Source: Octopus sinensis (lineage: Eukaryota). From it: a stretch of DNA of 64,000 nt. The notes below the pieces were generated by a model that worked only from the letters and a program-made list of their open reading frames with translations, did not search any database and had not been told where the DNA came from. Numbering within the stretch: position 1 is the first letter of the stretch; each line of letters begins with the position of its first letter. A program made the position numbers and the translations under genes. The stretch covers positions 1 to 64,000 of the forward strand of contig NW_021825194.1 in assembly GCF_006345805.1 (NCBI RefSeq), written 5' to 3'. Positions 37,730-52,224 of the stretch are shown one piece after another.

Positions 37730-40700
37730 TCGGGGTTTTGACCTCATTTTCAAGAAATTGACAAATGTTGCCCGTTTTTGCTGTCACACATCCTACAAAG
37801 GGGAAATTCGCTGCTCTTATTTGGAACTTGTTGTAATTAGTCCTCAGAGCTTGTTCCTGGGCGCTGCATATCAATACCTCAGTGTATCCTTTCAGATCAC
37901 TTTTTATTCGTCATTTCCAAGTGTTGGTCTTGTCTTTTCCTACGATTCCTCTGAGGCATTACCCATGCAGTGATTTCATTTTCCAGTTGTTTATTCTTTC
38001 TTCATCTTGTTTCATAAATGTTTGTGGATGCATCACATTTTCAGTGGGTATTATATTATTAATTCTAACAGCGCAAATAAGGATTCACTCTGTTGTTTGA
38101 TGTACCATCCCAAACTGCAATTTATGAGACCACTTCCACCCCTGTTCCTAGGCACATACAGCTTGTCAGTATCGCTTTTGGAGTGTACTTCCTTGTTAAT
38201 TGTCGTCACTTTTCTGTCCATTTTTTCTTTTCTTGTCCATTTCCTCAAGCTCGTTCTTTGTCCACGAAACAACACTTACGTCATATCGCATTAAAGAAAC
38301 AGCCCATGTGTTCATTTCTCTAGTCTTGTTTTTTCCATTGAGCCTACTTTCCATAATCAATTTGGTTCTTCTGAGATATTCTCGCCCGAAGCTTTCCTTC
38401 ATTTCACTTTCCTTGATTTTGCCCATATTCCAAAATACCCAGATACTTATATTCATTAGTATTTTGGAATATGGGCAAAATACATTATCTTTGTTTTCAC
38501 GCTGTAATATCCTTGATTTTCACGCTGTTGGATAACACCATTAGACGAAACTATTTTGCGTTTTTGTATCATAAACATACCACACTTTTTAATCCCAAAT
38601 TCCATTCCAATATCTTTACTGAATATCTGCACTGTGGAAATTAGGCCATTTATTTCACGTTCAGTCTTCTCAAAGATCTTTAAGTTATCCCTATATAACA
38701 AATGATTTGATTTTCTTCCACGTTTCAAGGCGTACCCGCATGTCGCTTTCCATAGTATCTGTATGAGGGATATCATATAAATCACAAACAGCAATGGCGA
38801 TAGGCTATCTCCTTGGAATATGCTTCGCTTGATGTTAACCCTCGCCAAAAAATTTCCCCATGAAGTTAACTCTGTATTCCAGTTTTTCATTGATCTCCTA
38901 ATACCAGCTCAAGACTTTCTAAAATCCAGGAATGATGGACCATGTCATACGCTTTCTTATAATCGATCCATGCCATGTCCAGGTTAGTAAGTCTTTCATT
39001 GCAGTCGCTCAGTACCTTTCTGTTAATCAGAAGTTGGTCTTTTGTCCCTCGGCTTTTCTTCTGCATCATTTCTGTTCCACTGTCCATTTATCATTCATTT
39101 CCAGGAAGTTACACACATAATTAGATATTCCTGTCATTAGCTTCCTCATCAGAGGCAGGCAGGTGATAGGCCGGTAATTATCCACTGTATTGTCTTTACT
39201 GGAATCCTCTTGGCAAAGAATTGTTTTACTTGTGGTCAACCACTTTGGTAATAGCACCCCTTTATTGATCATTTTATCCATTAGCGTGGTTATTCTTCTG
39301 TGTAGTACTGCGAAATTTTTCAGCCAATATCCTTGTACCCCATCCGGACCTGAGCATTTTCAGTTGGGGATCTTTGTTGTCTGTTCAGTCACCATTTCAT
39401 TCGTTATTCTAATATTGCTCTGTTTCACTTCATATTTTTCCGACCTTAATTCCTTCAACCATTTAGAATCTTTGTTAATCTTTCCTCCATTATCCCAGAT
39501 GCTACTCCAAAACCTTCTACTTTCTACAGCATCCGGTCTCTCACTGCTGTTAACCATTCCATTCAGCTGTTGATAAACCCTTTACTGGTCTTGGAACAAT
39601 TTGTTGATTTAATATTGTTCAGTTCTTTGGTCGCTTTAGCCTGCAATCTTTGTTTCAGCTCTTTAAGAACTACATATATCACTTTTTTCTTTATCCTATA
39701 TCTACGTTCTAGTCCCTGATATTTCTCCTCCCTCTTGATTTCACATTTCTTCTTTTTTTCCAAGGTTCTTTTCCTTCATTCCCACATTTACGGTTTGGTT
39801 TAAAGCCTACTCTATTTTCTATATAGATGATGCAGGCTTTAATCAATTTATTCGTTCCAGTTATATTATTATTTTATCTGTCTTGATTTCTTTCAGTATT
39901 TTATTCACCTTAAGGGTCCACCCTCTGAGCACATTTCTATCTACTTTCCTGAATCCATTTATTTCCATATCTAGGTTTTCTTCAATGATACTAGTAATAT
40001 CTTTGATTATTCCTTTGTCTTCATTATATAGTCATTCTCTACACCCAGGGCTTGAGAAATTATACTTCTCCCGGTTACTCTCATTAAGTGTAGCATCGTC
40101 AACTTTCTCTGTATCTACTTCTGCATTGCTCCCCCTGTTTTCGATCATCACCATCTTCCTAATTTCATCGAGCTCTAATGAAGTTAGCCATCCTTTCTTC
40201 TTTATTGCTCTTACCTAGTCATAGAGTTCTGTTCCGTAATATCTGGGCCCTACTTCTCCATCCATAAGTCATGCATACTCTTTCTGTCTCCTTTTATTAT
40301 CAATGGGTCTACCCAAAAAGTAACATTCCTTGACAGGTGTATTCATCGTCTTAGTCCATTTAGTTCTAACAGCCGTATAATGACGACCGGGCCTGCACTG
40401 CTTACTCACAGGCGGAAGTCCGTCACCTGTAGTTCCATCCTCATTTACGCCGTTGTTTGTGTTAATTCTATTATTCATTATTCTCATGCTGATGAAAGTG
40501 TTGATAAAGTATCACAACCACTAGTATTTTTATCGAGACACCATAAGTGTTTGTCTCAAAAGACTTAAAGAAGTCCTTCTACCTTTAAAAGTTTAAGTGA
40601 GCTATCCTGCGATGTGCACTAATCCAATATTCAGAGCTCCGAGACTGGTGAAAGAGTTATTTGGATGGCTGTAAACTCATCCGAGTTCATCCGCCCTTAA

Positions 40701-40830
40701 ACAGGTCTTGTATTTCATCCTGCAGGGTGACCAAATAGCAAAAAACGCCCTCCTCACATAGCAAGCTCTGTGGGGTGGCCGGTTCAGCCACCGACGGCCT
40801 GACAGCGGAAAAAAAGTGTGTGTGGGTGAG
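37730..40830 (-). mobile_element. R4/Dong-clade non-LTR retrotransposon, decayed and 3'-truncated
   Basis: N-terminal [78 protein letters not shown]. Confidence 0.8.
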
Positions 40831-41340
40831 TTAAGTTGATTATTATTATGTTAGATGGATATTAGCCTTTTCCTTATAGGTTTGGCTAGATTGCTGATAA
40901 CAAGCAGATGGGCTGCAGGAGTTGAGCTTCAGGCAAACTAGTCTCACATTTTGTTTGATTGGCTAATCACACACAGTGTTTGATAAGTCTGGTGGTGGTT
41001 AGGGGGGAGCGGGAGAGGAAGATACGCAGGCTTAAAATGGATCTAACGAAAATCTGGTTTACTGTTTAACGTGGTCTGTAACTGATTTTGGCTGTGGGTT
41101 TTTACTATCAACAAGTAATCTGCACAAGTATTAAAGGAAACGATAGGGAGTAAGCGAGAGAGAAAGGGTAAGAGAGTACAGAGGAAGAGAGACAAAGGAC
41201 GAGAGAGTGAGGGTCAGAGAGGGAGTGAGAGAGAGAGAGAGGGGGGGGAGATATATTATATTTTTATCAGTATGGGAATATTATAAAAAAAGAAAAAATA
41301 TTTATTTAGGAAACAATTATTATTATTATTATTACTGAGT

Positions 41341-42203
41341 GAGAGAGAAGTGCATGCCACCACAATGCCATTACAGTGACATATATGAAACTAAGTATAC
41401 CCATCATGACTATCCGTCTGATAAGAGTACACCAGACACATGCATCAGAACCCTAAGTGCGTGACATGGTGATCTCATATCAAGATAAACACCGCATGAC
41501 CTTACAAGTATGTCCCAGTTACAAATTTCTTCAGGTCGAGTAGCCCGTCCCGCTCAAAAGATCCCTGAATAAGGGTTACCTAAGAATGTTTAACGAAACA
41601 CCCATGTTCTCAGAGATGAATTATTCAAACCCAAAAGAATTCCACGCAACACATGGCTATGATGCTCCTCAAAGTGATACTGGGGTAAAATATACGAAGC
41701 CCAGTATACCCATCATGACTACTCGTCTGATAAGGGTACACCAGGCACATGCATCACAACCATATGTGCGCGACATGATGATCTCATATCAAGATAAACA
41801 GCACATGACCTTGTAGGTGGGGCCCAGTTAGAATTTTCTTCTGGTCGAGTAACCCATCCTGCTCAAAAGATTCCTGAATAAGGGTTGTTTAAGGATGTTG
41901 AACGAAACACCGATGTTTCCAGAGGTGAATTATTCAACCCCCCCCCAAATCCCTCTCAACACATGGCTATGATACTCCCCCACTACTTCTTCTCGTGATC
42001 AGAGATGCACATATCATCAGCCACTAAGGAACATGCTCAACTGGTTAAGGTCAAACAACTGACAAGCAAATTTGTGGTATTGAGCAGAATATTTGCTGTA
42101 GCCCATCTTTTATACCAAGACAAAACAATGTACATGATAACACTTCCAATCAGTTAAGATCAAAAGCCATGAGAACCACTGCCTGGTACTGCATCAGGGC
42201 ATT
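41341..42203 (-). mobile_element. Non-coding interspersed element flanked by (TAA)n, with an internal ~300-bp duplication; possibly Dong-mobilised
   Basis: (TTA)n at both ends. Segment ~41393-41690 is repeated at ~41702-41975. Confidence 0.55.
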
Positions 42204-42331
42204 TTATTATTATTATTATTATTATTACATTTACTATTATTGTTATTGTTATTGTTATTATTATTATTATTCTTACTATTACTATTATTATTAGTTATTG
42301 TTATTGTCATTGTTATTGTTATTATTATTAG

Positions 42332-42367
<36 letters not shown>

Positions 42368-42384
42368 GTAGTTTTATTTTTATC

Positions 42385-43290
42385 ACGTGCTTTCACTGCA
42401 CTACCAAGCGCAGCGCTGTATGCCTTGGGTATGTGCTGTGGTTTGTTGTGATGCTCTTATTTTTCCTGTATTGAAAGTATTTTTACGTAGGATGTGCACG
42501 GTACCTTGAGTGTTATTTTCTGTATGTTATATATGTCATGGTGTTTTTCTTATGTATTTGTCTGAATATTTGTTGGCGGTCGGCAGTCAAGCCGAGAAAA
42601 AGAGATCATGCATGGTCGAACACCGGTCACGTGAAAGAAAAAGAGAGGAGTAGGGTCAGAGCGAATGAAGGATTAAGGGAAGAACGGGAAAGAAAGAAAA
42701 TCAAAGGTACAAAGAGAAAGGTACCAGGAAGATAAACGAGGAGGAAAAGTAGGAATTCAAAAAAGAGAGGACCAAGAAATGTGAGAGAGAGGGAGCGAGA
42801 AAAAGAAAAGGGGAGAGAAGGAAGAAAGTATGAAGGGGACTAAAAGACAGAGTAAAAGAATCGTACAAAATTTAGATACATACTTACAAGGTGAGCAAAA
42901 GTGTACGTACGCCACTATATGTATATATAAATATAAAAAATGAAAAAACGCAGTAGAAGATAATAAAACATCCGGACAGGCAGACGATACAAAGGCGGAC
43001 AGGAAAAACAACAAATAGAGGACAGAAAGAAAAAAAACAATGATGGGTCATTCGTGGCCATCTTTCCTCAGTCAACTTTCCAGATTGTCCTTACAGTTTC
43101 GGGCAGTTATACGTATAAAAAAAGTCCGACTTATATAGGATAGCAATGATATCAGTAATTAAAGGGTTTGAGTAACAGTTTTACGAGTTCAACAGCTATT
43201 TTTGCGGGCTTGGTGGTCGAAAATAATGATGGTTGTAACTTGATTCCATCATCGGATAACATCAGCCACCGTCTTCAGGAGGTGTTGACA
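42385..43290 (-). mobile_element. Degenerate PLE-like pLTR region
   Basis: CT-rich tract and GTGAAAGCACGTG end similar to PLE ends at ~36520 and ~59215. Only a partial CTGAAGA core is present. Confidence 0.4.
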
Positions 43291-43629
43291 GAATGAAGTT
43301 GAAAGATGGAATGATTTTTTTAATTGAATGACTATATATAGTATATATATCCAAATTTTATTAATTCATATGTAACAAAATGATATTGTTGTAATAAGAA
43401 TACAAGTTATAAATATACAATACTACAATAATTATTATTGTGGTTATTACATTTAGTTATTAAATTTAGTTATCGAGGACCAATACTCAATCCTTAAGTA
43501 TTATATATAATACTAAATATTATGTTATATTCTACTCATAGTGTATTATGTTATAATATAAATAAATTATTGGATTGTCAATTGTATCTCTATTTAATTT
43601 ATTGCTTATATATACATACATACAAAGAT

Positions 43630-43668
<39 letters not shown>

Positions 43669-43702
43669 CATATGTGCGCGCGTGTGTGTGAGTATATGTT
43701 TG

Positions 43703-43752
<50 letters not shown>

Positions 43753-46503
43753 ATATATACATATAGATATATATATATATATATATTTATATAGATGGAA
43801 ATATATACGCGCACAAAAACACGCACACAAACATACTCACGCAAACATACATACACACACATATATCTTATAGTTCACTGAAATAGAATGTATCAACCTT
43901 GTTACTCGAGTTTAGCGTCTGTGTTCTTTAGACAAGAACTGTTAAATCTATGGGTTTTAGGTATTCACTGTCACTTTTACTCAGATATTTTATAGGAACT
44001 TCAAGCTTTTGAACAGCTAGTTTATAACCTTGAACTGTGTCATTATATCACGCACATAGGTCCAACAGAGCTTATATTTCTATCAATGTTAACATTATTT
44101 TCAAGTTTCGGAGAAACATACACGTGAATAACATCCTTTTGGTATGCAGGGAGATTTTCTACTCGTGCTTGTTGAGATTCGCTAGGTTGTATGCAAGGCC
44201 ATAAGGAATCGAGAGCTTCTTGGAGACTTGTAAGGTGTTGTTCGTTCCCCTTTTTAGCACTTGGCTGAGATATTTATTTTTACTTGCACTTGTCATCACA
44301 TGCAGTCAGACACCATAAAACAATTGTATACTTTTTAGATTGATCTTACGTCTCCGTTTATACTTTGATCACCATCTTTGCCCATAGCATCTTTGTGTTA
44401 CGCATTTTTGACAATACCTAGATAATTAGAGCATTTGATTTGAACGCAATAGGTAGACAAATTCTACATAACAGTATTTGGATTTTGGGGGCGTTTAAAC
44501 TAAAAAATATAAGCGGTTTTTCTTTTTGGTTAAATTCTTTTATCTCTTTTGCTAGCACTCAACCAATAGTTTTTCAGTCTCTAAGTATGTTCTCTTCGCA
44601 TTATGTTAAAAGTTATCACACCAGTGAGGAAAAAAACCCATTCCAACTTCGAAGCAAAGCTCTTTCAACAGAATTTAGTGAATATTAATTACATAGTTAT
44701 GTAGTTATGTGTACACACGTTATTGCATGTATGTATTTGTATGTTTTGAGGTCTGTTATTTTATGTTTTGATATTAGGTATATGTATATACACATATGTT
44801 TGTATCACTGTATGTACGTCTATATACCTATTACACGCTAAACGTCTGCGTTTTAATTTGATGTTTTACCACTACAGAATTTATTTTGCATTTAACTAAA
44901 ATTTGAAGGATATGTTAAATTAGTGTTATATTTTTTGTATGTTTGTTTTATAAAGTATGACTCAATTGCTGCCTTCTGAACATATCGTAACAGCTACCAC
45001 TTTCCTAATATCAAATAAAACGTACTGTAATGCAGTTGATGCTTAAAGTAATAGCAGATTTTCCCCACTTTTAGCTGCGTTTACGCTATCTACCTGTAAC
45101 TGATTCTCATAACTGAGTTATTACACTTTCAAAGAATCTTATTCCTCTGGGCGGATTGAACGGAAGCTTTTCTGTTTTCAAATTTTATATTCACTACAAC
45201 ATGAGTAAAATCGATATATTCACATGTTTAACAAATAAGATTGTATCATTATATTGATTCTCTATTGTGTTGTATGTTGCAGTTATTTTTCTGCATCTAG
45301 CATTCGAAATAAAATGCATTAAATCCTACTCATTTTAGGATGCAAGTGTCTCATTTTGGTTATGTATTCCTAGTAATAATATTACTAAAATTACATCCCA
45401 CCACTTGATGCATCTTACCTTTTACTAGTCTGGAAGAAGGTGTTTGCTTGTGGTTTTTACAGGCCATCTGATACTGGCGAAGCCGTCGCGGTTAACATTC
45501 ACATTTAAGAATTGTCAAATCACAAGAAGTTATACAGTTTAAATTATCACCAGCCAAAATTTACAATGCAATTCTATATAGTAAAAAGAATTACTTGCAA
45601 TCCAGTTTCATAATATTTGTATTTAGATTGATTTCAGCAATAACACTCATATGAGAAGAAATTGTGACTGAAGCTATCAACGGTTTCGATCCGAGAGAAT
45701 GCTATGTGGAGGTAGTCAAATGAACTGATTCATTTGCAATCGAACATGTAACACAAAGATTTTCGCGATCTTAACATCACTATATATAATTAGTCAGATA
45801 AACTGACAAAGATGAATGTAGCCAAAATATGGAAGGTTTCTCATTGCACGTATTCGCTTTTTAAAGCGAATACGTGCAATAAAATTTAATCTGCTGGAAA
45901 ATCAACGAACCAATAAATCACTTTCATGTAAATTAAGAAACCCCTTTTTTTGCTGGAGCCTATTTTTAGCCGAGCGAACTGAGATAACGTAAAATGAAGT
46001 GATCAAGATCGAGAACAAAAAATTTGCCCGGTCCTAAACTAAAACTATATATATTGCTATAAATTACTAGCATTTATTTTAGGTTGCAATATTCAGATTT
46101 ACTAAATGTATTTCTTAAATTAGCGCTGAACCTACCATACTAAATACAAAGAATATATTTTACAGCAGCTCGAGGCAACAAATTTGTAAGATAGTGGTAT
46201 ATAAGGTGAATTGGCCACAGCAGATGAATAGAATTCAACTTGTCCAGTCCGAAACATATGTTTGGGCTAAAGTTCAATGATTTTAAAAACTGCAGTGAGA
46301 TGAAGACAAATTGTATAAGGCCAACGATGCTTTGTATCTCATTAGCCCTAAGAATTGTTCTTTGATTACTCTACTGACTTTAGTAGCCATTGGACATCGA
46401 CCATTCTAGGTAGATACCCTCAAATATTTTAGATAACACGGCTGCATCTCGATTTTGAGCAACACTATCCCTAGTACATACGAAAATAATATATAAGAAT
46501 CAT

Positions 46504-46690
46504 CAGGTGTGGCTGTGAGGTAAGAAGTTTGCTTCACAACCACATAGTTCCAGTTTTAGTCTCACTGCGTGATATCTTGGGCAAGGCTGACCAAAGCCTT
46601 GTCAGTGGATTTACAAAAATTTGTTCGACTAAAGGCGGTGCTCCATCATGGCCACAGTCAAATGATTGAAACCGGTAAAAGGATAAAAGA
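46504..46690 (+). mobile_element. Internally deleted copy of the tRNA-derived SINE at 2553-2948
   Basis: TGGCTGTGAGGTAAG head, CTTGGGCAAG core, GGCGGTGCTCCATCATGGCCACAGTCAAATGA tail. Confidence 0.7.
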
Positions 46691-47010
46691 AGAATACCTA
46701 TAATTGATTATTAGTCTTGAATTTAGAGGAGAATAGTGCGAAAACCAGAAACATAATTTGTTACAAATGCGTGGTAACAGAAGGTTAATTATAGTACAAT
46801 CATGTTAAATATCAAAAAATGATTTGCAAGTTATCATGGCAAGTATCTAAAATAAACAATAAGCCACGCCAAGTCCCTATGGTTGGAATCAGTGACTTTG
46901 TGACTTAATAAGAACTCTGAACTTTTCAACTAGTAAGCTCACAGTATACCCTATCCACTAACTGTAATTCAACTCTACTATACAGATAGCATTTACTTTT
47001 AACGACGTCA

Positions 47011-47870
47011 TACGAGAGTCGTCTGAAAAGTTCATAGGCTGACCACATGGAATGTAACCAAATGAGGTTTACTTTTCAACACAATCCTCCTTGCGCAACA
47101 CACACTTCTATTGGTGTTGCAGTGCTTGGATCCTATCCGGTTGGTCAAACAAGTCATCAACAGCAGATATGATGTCATCGTCACTGCGATACTGGTTCCC
47201 ATGTTGGGGAACAGATACTGGGGAACAGATGATATTCTGATAGGGCCAAATCAGGAGAATAGGAAAGGTGATCAACCAGTTCAAAGCCACAGTCATGCAC
47301 AGCAATCATTATAACCAAGGACTTGTGTGCTGGAGCATCGTCTTGGTGAAACAAGACCACATTTATGAGTTTTTCCTGGGCATTTGGTCTTGGTTGCCTT
47401 TCGTAACTGCCTCAACAACTTAACACATGGTGTGATCTTTTTGAAGATAGTCCCGTAAACACAATGCCTTTTGCATCCCCAAAACTGAAGCCATCACCTT
47501 CCTTGTAGATTAAACATAGTTGGCTTTCTTTGGAGCAAGTGAGGAGGAGTGTTTCTCCTGCATTGATTATCTCTTTGTCTCTGGCTCAAAGAGACGAACC
47601 CAACACTCGTCCTGGATTAGGAAACATTCAAGGAAACCAAATGGATCTACCTGAAACATTGTCAGATTTTCCCCTGATGTGTGCTTTTGATCAGGTGTCA
47701 GAAGACGTGGAACACGCTGAGCACAAACCTTCGTCATGCCAAGTTTATTGTGCAAAATATTCTCAACTCTTTGACGGAGGTGGTGTCAGTTGCAGAATAT
47801 CACTCCTTTACAGCCATCTTATTAGCTTTTCAGCACACCTTTGTCTTTGAAAACATACGGAAACTCATGT
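47011..47870 (-). mobile_element. Decayed mariner element
   Basis: TIR-like TACGAGAGTCGTCTGAAAAG at 47011. Transposase remnant LGMTKVCAQRVPRLLTPDQK...DECWV..FEPETKR. Confidence 0.75.
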
Positions 47871-48027
47871 GATATTTGAACTTGAGTACAATTTTCGGTA
47901 CAACAAAATATTCGACTATGCTTTCAGTACTGTCACTTGTGAAGAAATATAATCAAATTTAGAAGGCAAAGAATCAACTATCTCGTCTATCCATCTTATT
48001 ATAGTCACGTGTCTTACTAATTTTCTG

Positions 48028-49012
48028 ATAATTCATATTCACTATTGAGTTTATCATTTTAAAAATATGTTTATTAAGAATATCTTGTATTCTGTGGTGA
48101 TTTACTTTCATCCAATGTTTTGCAAGAGTTGTTTAGCCTTACTTATTTTATGGTTGCTAATGTTTACATTCAGTGCTATAATTATATTAGCACCAGAACT
48201 ATTGACATTGATATTAAATAATAATATTATCAGTAGGATAGTTTAAATACAGTAGGATAGTTTAAATACTATTGACATTGATATTAAATAATAATATTAT
48301 CAGTAGGATAGTTTAAATACAGTAGGATAGTTTAAATACAATTATCTCTCATCAAAACACCAGCCACCACCAAAATAAGAATAATTAATTTTATCCTTTT
48401 AATGTTTTACTCTCATCAATTATATATTTAGCATATTTTCTATTTCTAAAATATGATTAAATGGAAAGTTCATTTATGTTTGTACAGGCAGTTATGAAAT
48501 TTTGATTAAATTTTATTCATCAAGATTGCAGATAATTCATATTCACTATTGAGTTTATCATTTTAAAAATATGTTTATTAAGAATATCTTGTTTTCTGTG
48601 GTGATTTACTTTCATCCAATGTTTTGCAAGAGTTGTTTAGCCTTACTTATTTTATGGTTGCTAATGTTTACATTCAGTGCTATAATTATATTAGCACCGG
48701 AACTATTGACATTGATATTAAATAATAATATTATCAGTAGGATAGTTTAAATACAGTAGGATAGTTTAAATACTATTGACATTGATATTATCAGTAGGAT
48801 AGTTTAAATACAGTAGGATAGTTTAAATACAATTATCTCTCATCAAAACACCAGCCACCACCAAAATAAGAATAATTAATTTTATCCTTTTAATGTTTTA
48901 CTCTCATCAATTATATATTTAGCATATTTTCTATTTCTAAAATATGATTAAATGGAAATTTCATTTATGTTTGTACAGGCAGTTATGAATTTTTGATTAA
49001 ATTTTATTCATC
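48028..49012. repeat. Near-identical ~490-bp tandem duplication with nested short duplications
   Basis: Copies at 48028-48521 and 48532-49012. CAGTAGGATAGTTTAAATA is doubled within each. No hammerhead core found. Confidence 0.9.
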
Positions 49013-49480
49013 TTCGTCTTATAACATCAAAACCCATTTTTGTATGAGTTCCTATAATTTAAGCTAAAAGAGTCCAATTCCTTTGACTCATTCTACTTTG
49101 CAAGTATAATAATTCTCTATTGAAGTGGGGTTTAGTAAAATTCCGTTTGCTTCATGTTGCCTCCTTGAAACTCCATATATTTTCGATATTAAAACATATC
49201 TCTTTCAGAACGAGTATTTTATGTCAGCTGGTGTGAGTGATAGGGCATAGATTAAATATGGAGAAAGATTGTGCTATCCTGAGTAGTGCTGAGTACGAAC
49301 AGTTCAAGATGGGGGAAAATAGGTTTGCAGTGAAGAAGAGGAAAAGTGTAACGTTTCGTCGGAGAAAAAGATGCTTCCTGATGGTAGCTTCTGCTAAATA
49401 TTAATAAAAACGTACATATACTCATATTTTGAGTTCTATTTTCCTGTTTGCCCCAACATAGTACATACTATATATATATA

Positions 49481-49548
<68 letters not shown>

Positions 49549-49583
49549 ATATATATATATATATAGTATGTACTATGTTGGGG

Positions 49584-49628
<45 letters not shown>

Positions 49629-49767
49629 CGTTGTTCGAAAGAATAGTTCAGGTTCCATGTACTCGTGCTTCGCATTTTTTGTTGTACACGTTTCATGACG
49701 TCCTGTACCCACGTATGCTTATATATACACGCATAGATGTAGGATTGTACATATACGTATGTATATA

Positions 49768-49809
<42 letters not shown>

Positions 49810-50279
49810 ATATATTATTTATATTATTACATGATTGAACGCCATGCATCCTCTTCCAAGTAAGTTTTACCATAATAATTCTGATGCGCACTCTATACGA
49901 TCTTTTTAATCTTTCATTTTTCTCTCTCTCTCTCTTATTCGTTTACATCCTCTTCTCTCACTATTCTTCTTTCTTTCTCTCCGTTGTAGCTGGAACAATG
50001 AAGGCGTGTAGTTCTTTGTGTCCTGTCCACGCTTGATTTACGCGTTCGCCACCACAACCTCGTTTAGGCTTAGCAGCCCTTCCTGTTTGTTTTCACTGTC
50101 CTGTTTGTGTTACGTATTTTGACCCTCGCAAAAACCCCAAATTTATTTAATTTGCTTTGCGGAAGCGACTGTTTTATCGGAAGCGTATATTGTTGTTAAA
50201 TGCTCGAAATACGAGACTAGAAAAACTGCCAACAACTGATGAAGGGTCGTTCTTTATGTTGTTTATTTTGTTTTCCATT

Positions 50280-50945
50280 TGTGTCTTTCGTTGTTCGAAA
50301 GAATAGTTCATGTTCCATGTACTCGTGCTTCGTATTTTTTGTTGTACACGTTTTATGACGTCCTGTGCCCACGTATGCTTCTATATATACGAATAGATAT
50401 AGCTATGCACCTCCCACATACCCCATCTCTACCCCCACCCTGTGCCTACCCACAAACCCCAACTCTACCCTAACCTTCAGCCGAACTTTCCCCACTCTCG
50501 CCTCCCCACCTCACAACAACATCACACCACACAACACTACACCATACAACATTACACATCACATCACAACACAACACACACACCCCCATCCCCACATTTT
50601 CACACATACATACACGCACACGTTCAGACCACCAGCCCTCTTTCACACGCACATAATCTTTTATACACACACGCACCTTTGTGTTGGGGGTCATCTTTAC
50701 TTTGTTACCTTCCCTACTTTCCCTCTCGTGAGTGACCCTTCTATCCGAGTCAGTTGCCATGATAGATCGTTAGCCACTACACACATTATTTTCTCCCCTT
50801 GTTTTTTCTGTGACCCTTTCTGTAGAAGAGCGTAGGCTCGAAATGTAAAAGACTTTTTCTATTCCTGAGCGTTATACTAATACATCTGTTTGTTTTGTAC
50901 ACCACCTGTCTTCGTCTTTAGTTTTTTTTGTAAACTCTCCCTATA
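50280..50945 (+). mobile_element. PLE pLTR related to 55800-56500, in opposite orientation
   Basis: Shares AGAGCGTAGGCTCGAAA and tail. Its first ~100 bp repeat 49629-49730. Hammerhead-like motif at 50816-50851. Confidence 0.65.
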
Positions 50946-50984
50946 TAATATATATGTATATATCTCTCTCTCTCTCTTCCCGTC

Positions 50985-51318
50985 TGTCTTGATAGACAAT
51001 GGGTCGCACCAAGGGTGGGGCCTACTTTGATGATGAGCAGCGTCTGCTGTGACTGAACAGTCCAATTCTAGAGTGGCAGTCCCTGGTACAGTTGCTGCAC
51101 ACGAACATCGATGGGTACGTGTGGGGTGTTGCTGCAGTTGTCCTCCTCCTGTCCCGCCTGTCCGACCACAGCTGTGCTCTCCTTTCCTCAGCCATGGAAA
51201 CGCCTTTCCTCACTGTCCGATGCCAGGCAGAGCGGTCAGCAGCTGTTACCTCCCACGTGTCCACACAGATGTTGGAAGTCCTCAGGTCGCGCTTGCACAC
51301 ATCCCTGTATCGTAGCTG
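50985..51318 (-). mobile_element. RTE LINE 3' fragment
   Basis: CKRDL...WE..AADRSAW...[23 protein letters not shown]. Confidence 0.85.
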
Positions 51319-51338
51319 TATATATATATATGTATATA

Positions 51339-51975
<637 letters not shown>

Positions 51976-51985
51976 ATATATATAT

Positions 51986-52046
<61 letters not shown>

Positions 52047-52224
52047 TAATATATATATAATAATATATATATATATATATATTAATATATATATAATATA
52101 TATGCATATATATATATTATTAATATATATATGATATATATATATGTATATAATATATATATATAATATATATATATATAATATACACATATATAATATA
52201 TATATATATATATAATATATATAT

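Noticed and set aside
41530-41910. CTGAATA...GAAAC and CTGAAGA strings in the (TAA)n-flanked element
   Set aside because: Helices I-III cannot be formed
43070-43285. Possible hammerhead in the PLE-like remnant
   Set aside because: The CTGAAGA core and a helix are present, but there is no correctly placed GAAA and helix I; too degenerate
44030-45500. Possible host exons: a stop-free ~76-codon minus-strand frame near 44040-44270 and a strong donor AAG|GTAAG at ~45420
   Set aside because: No consistent acceptor or phase, stops in joining frames and no recognisable protein; needs RNA-seq
49300-50260. GAAACGTT and CTGATGA strings in the pLTR-like region
   Set aside because: Core halves are on different strands or in the wrong order, so no complete hammerhead can be built
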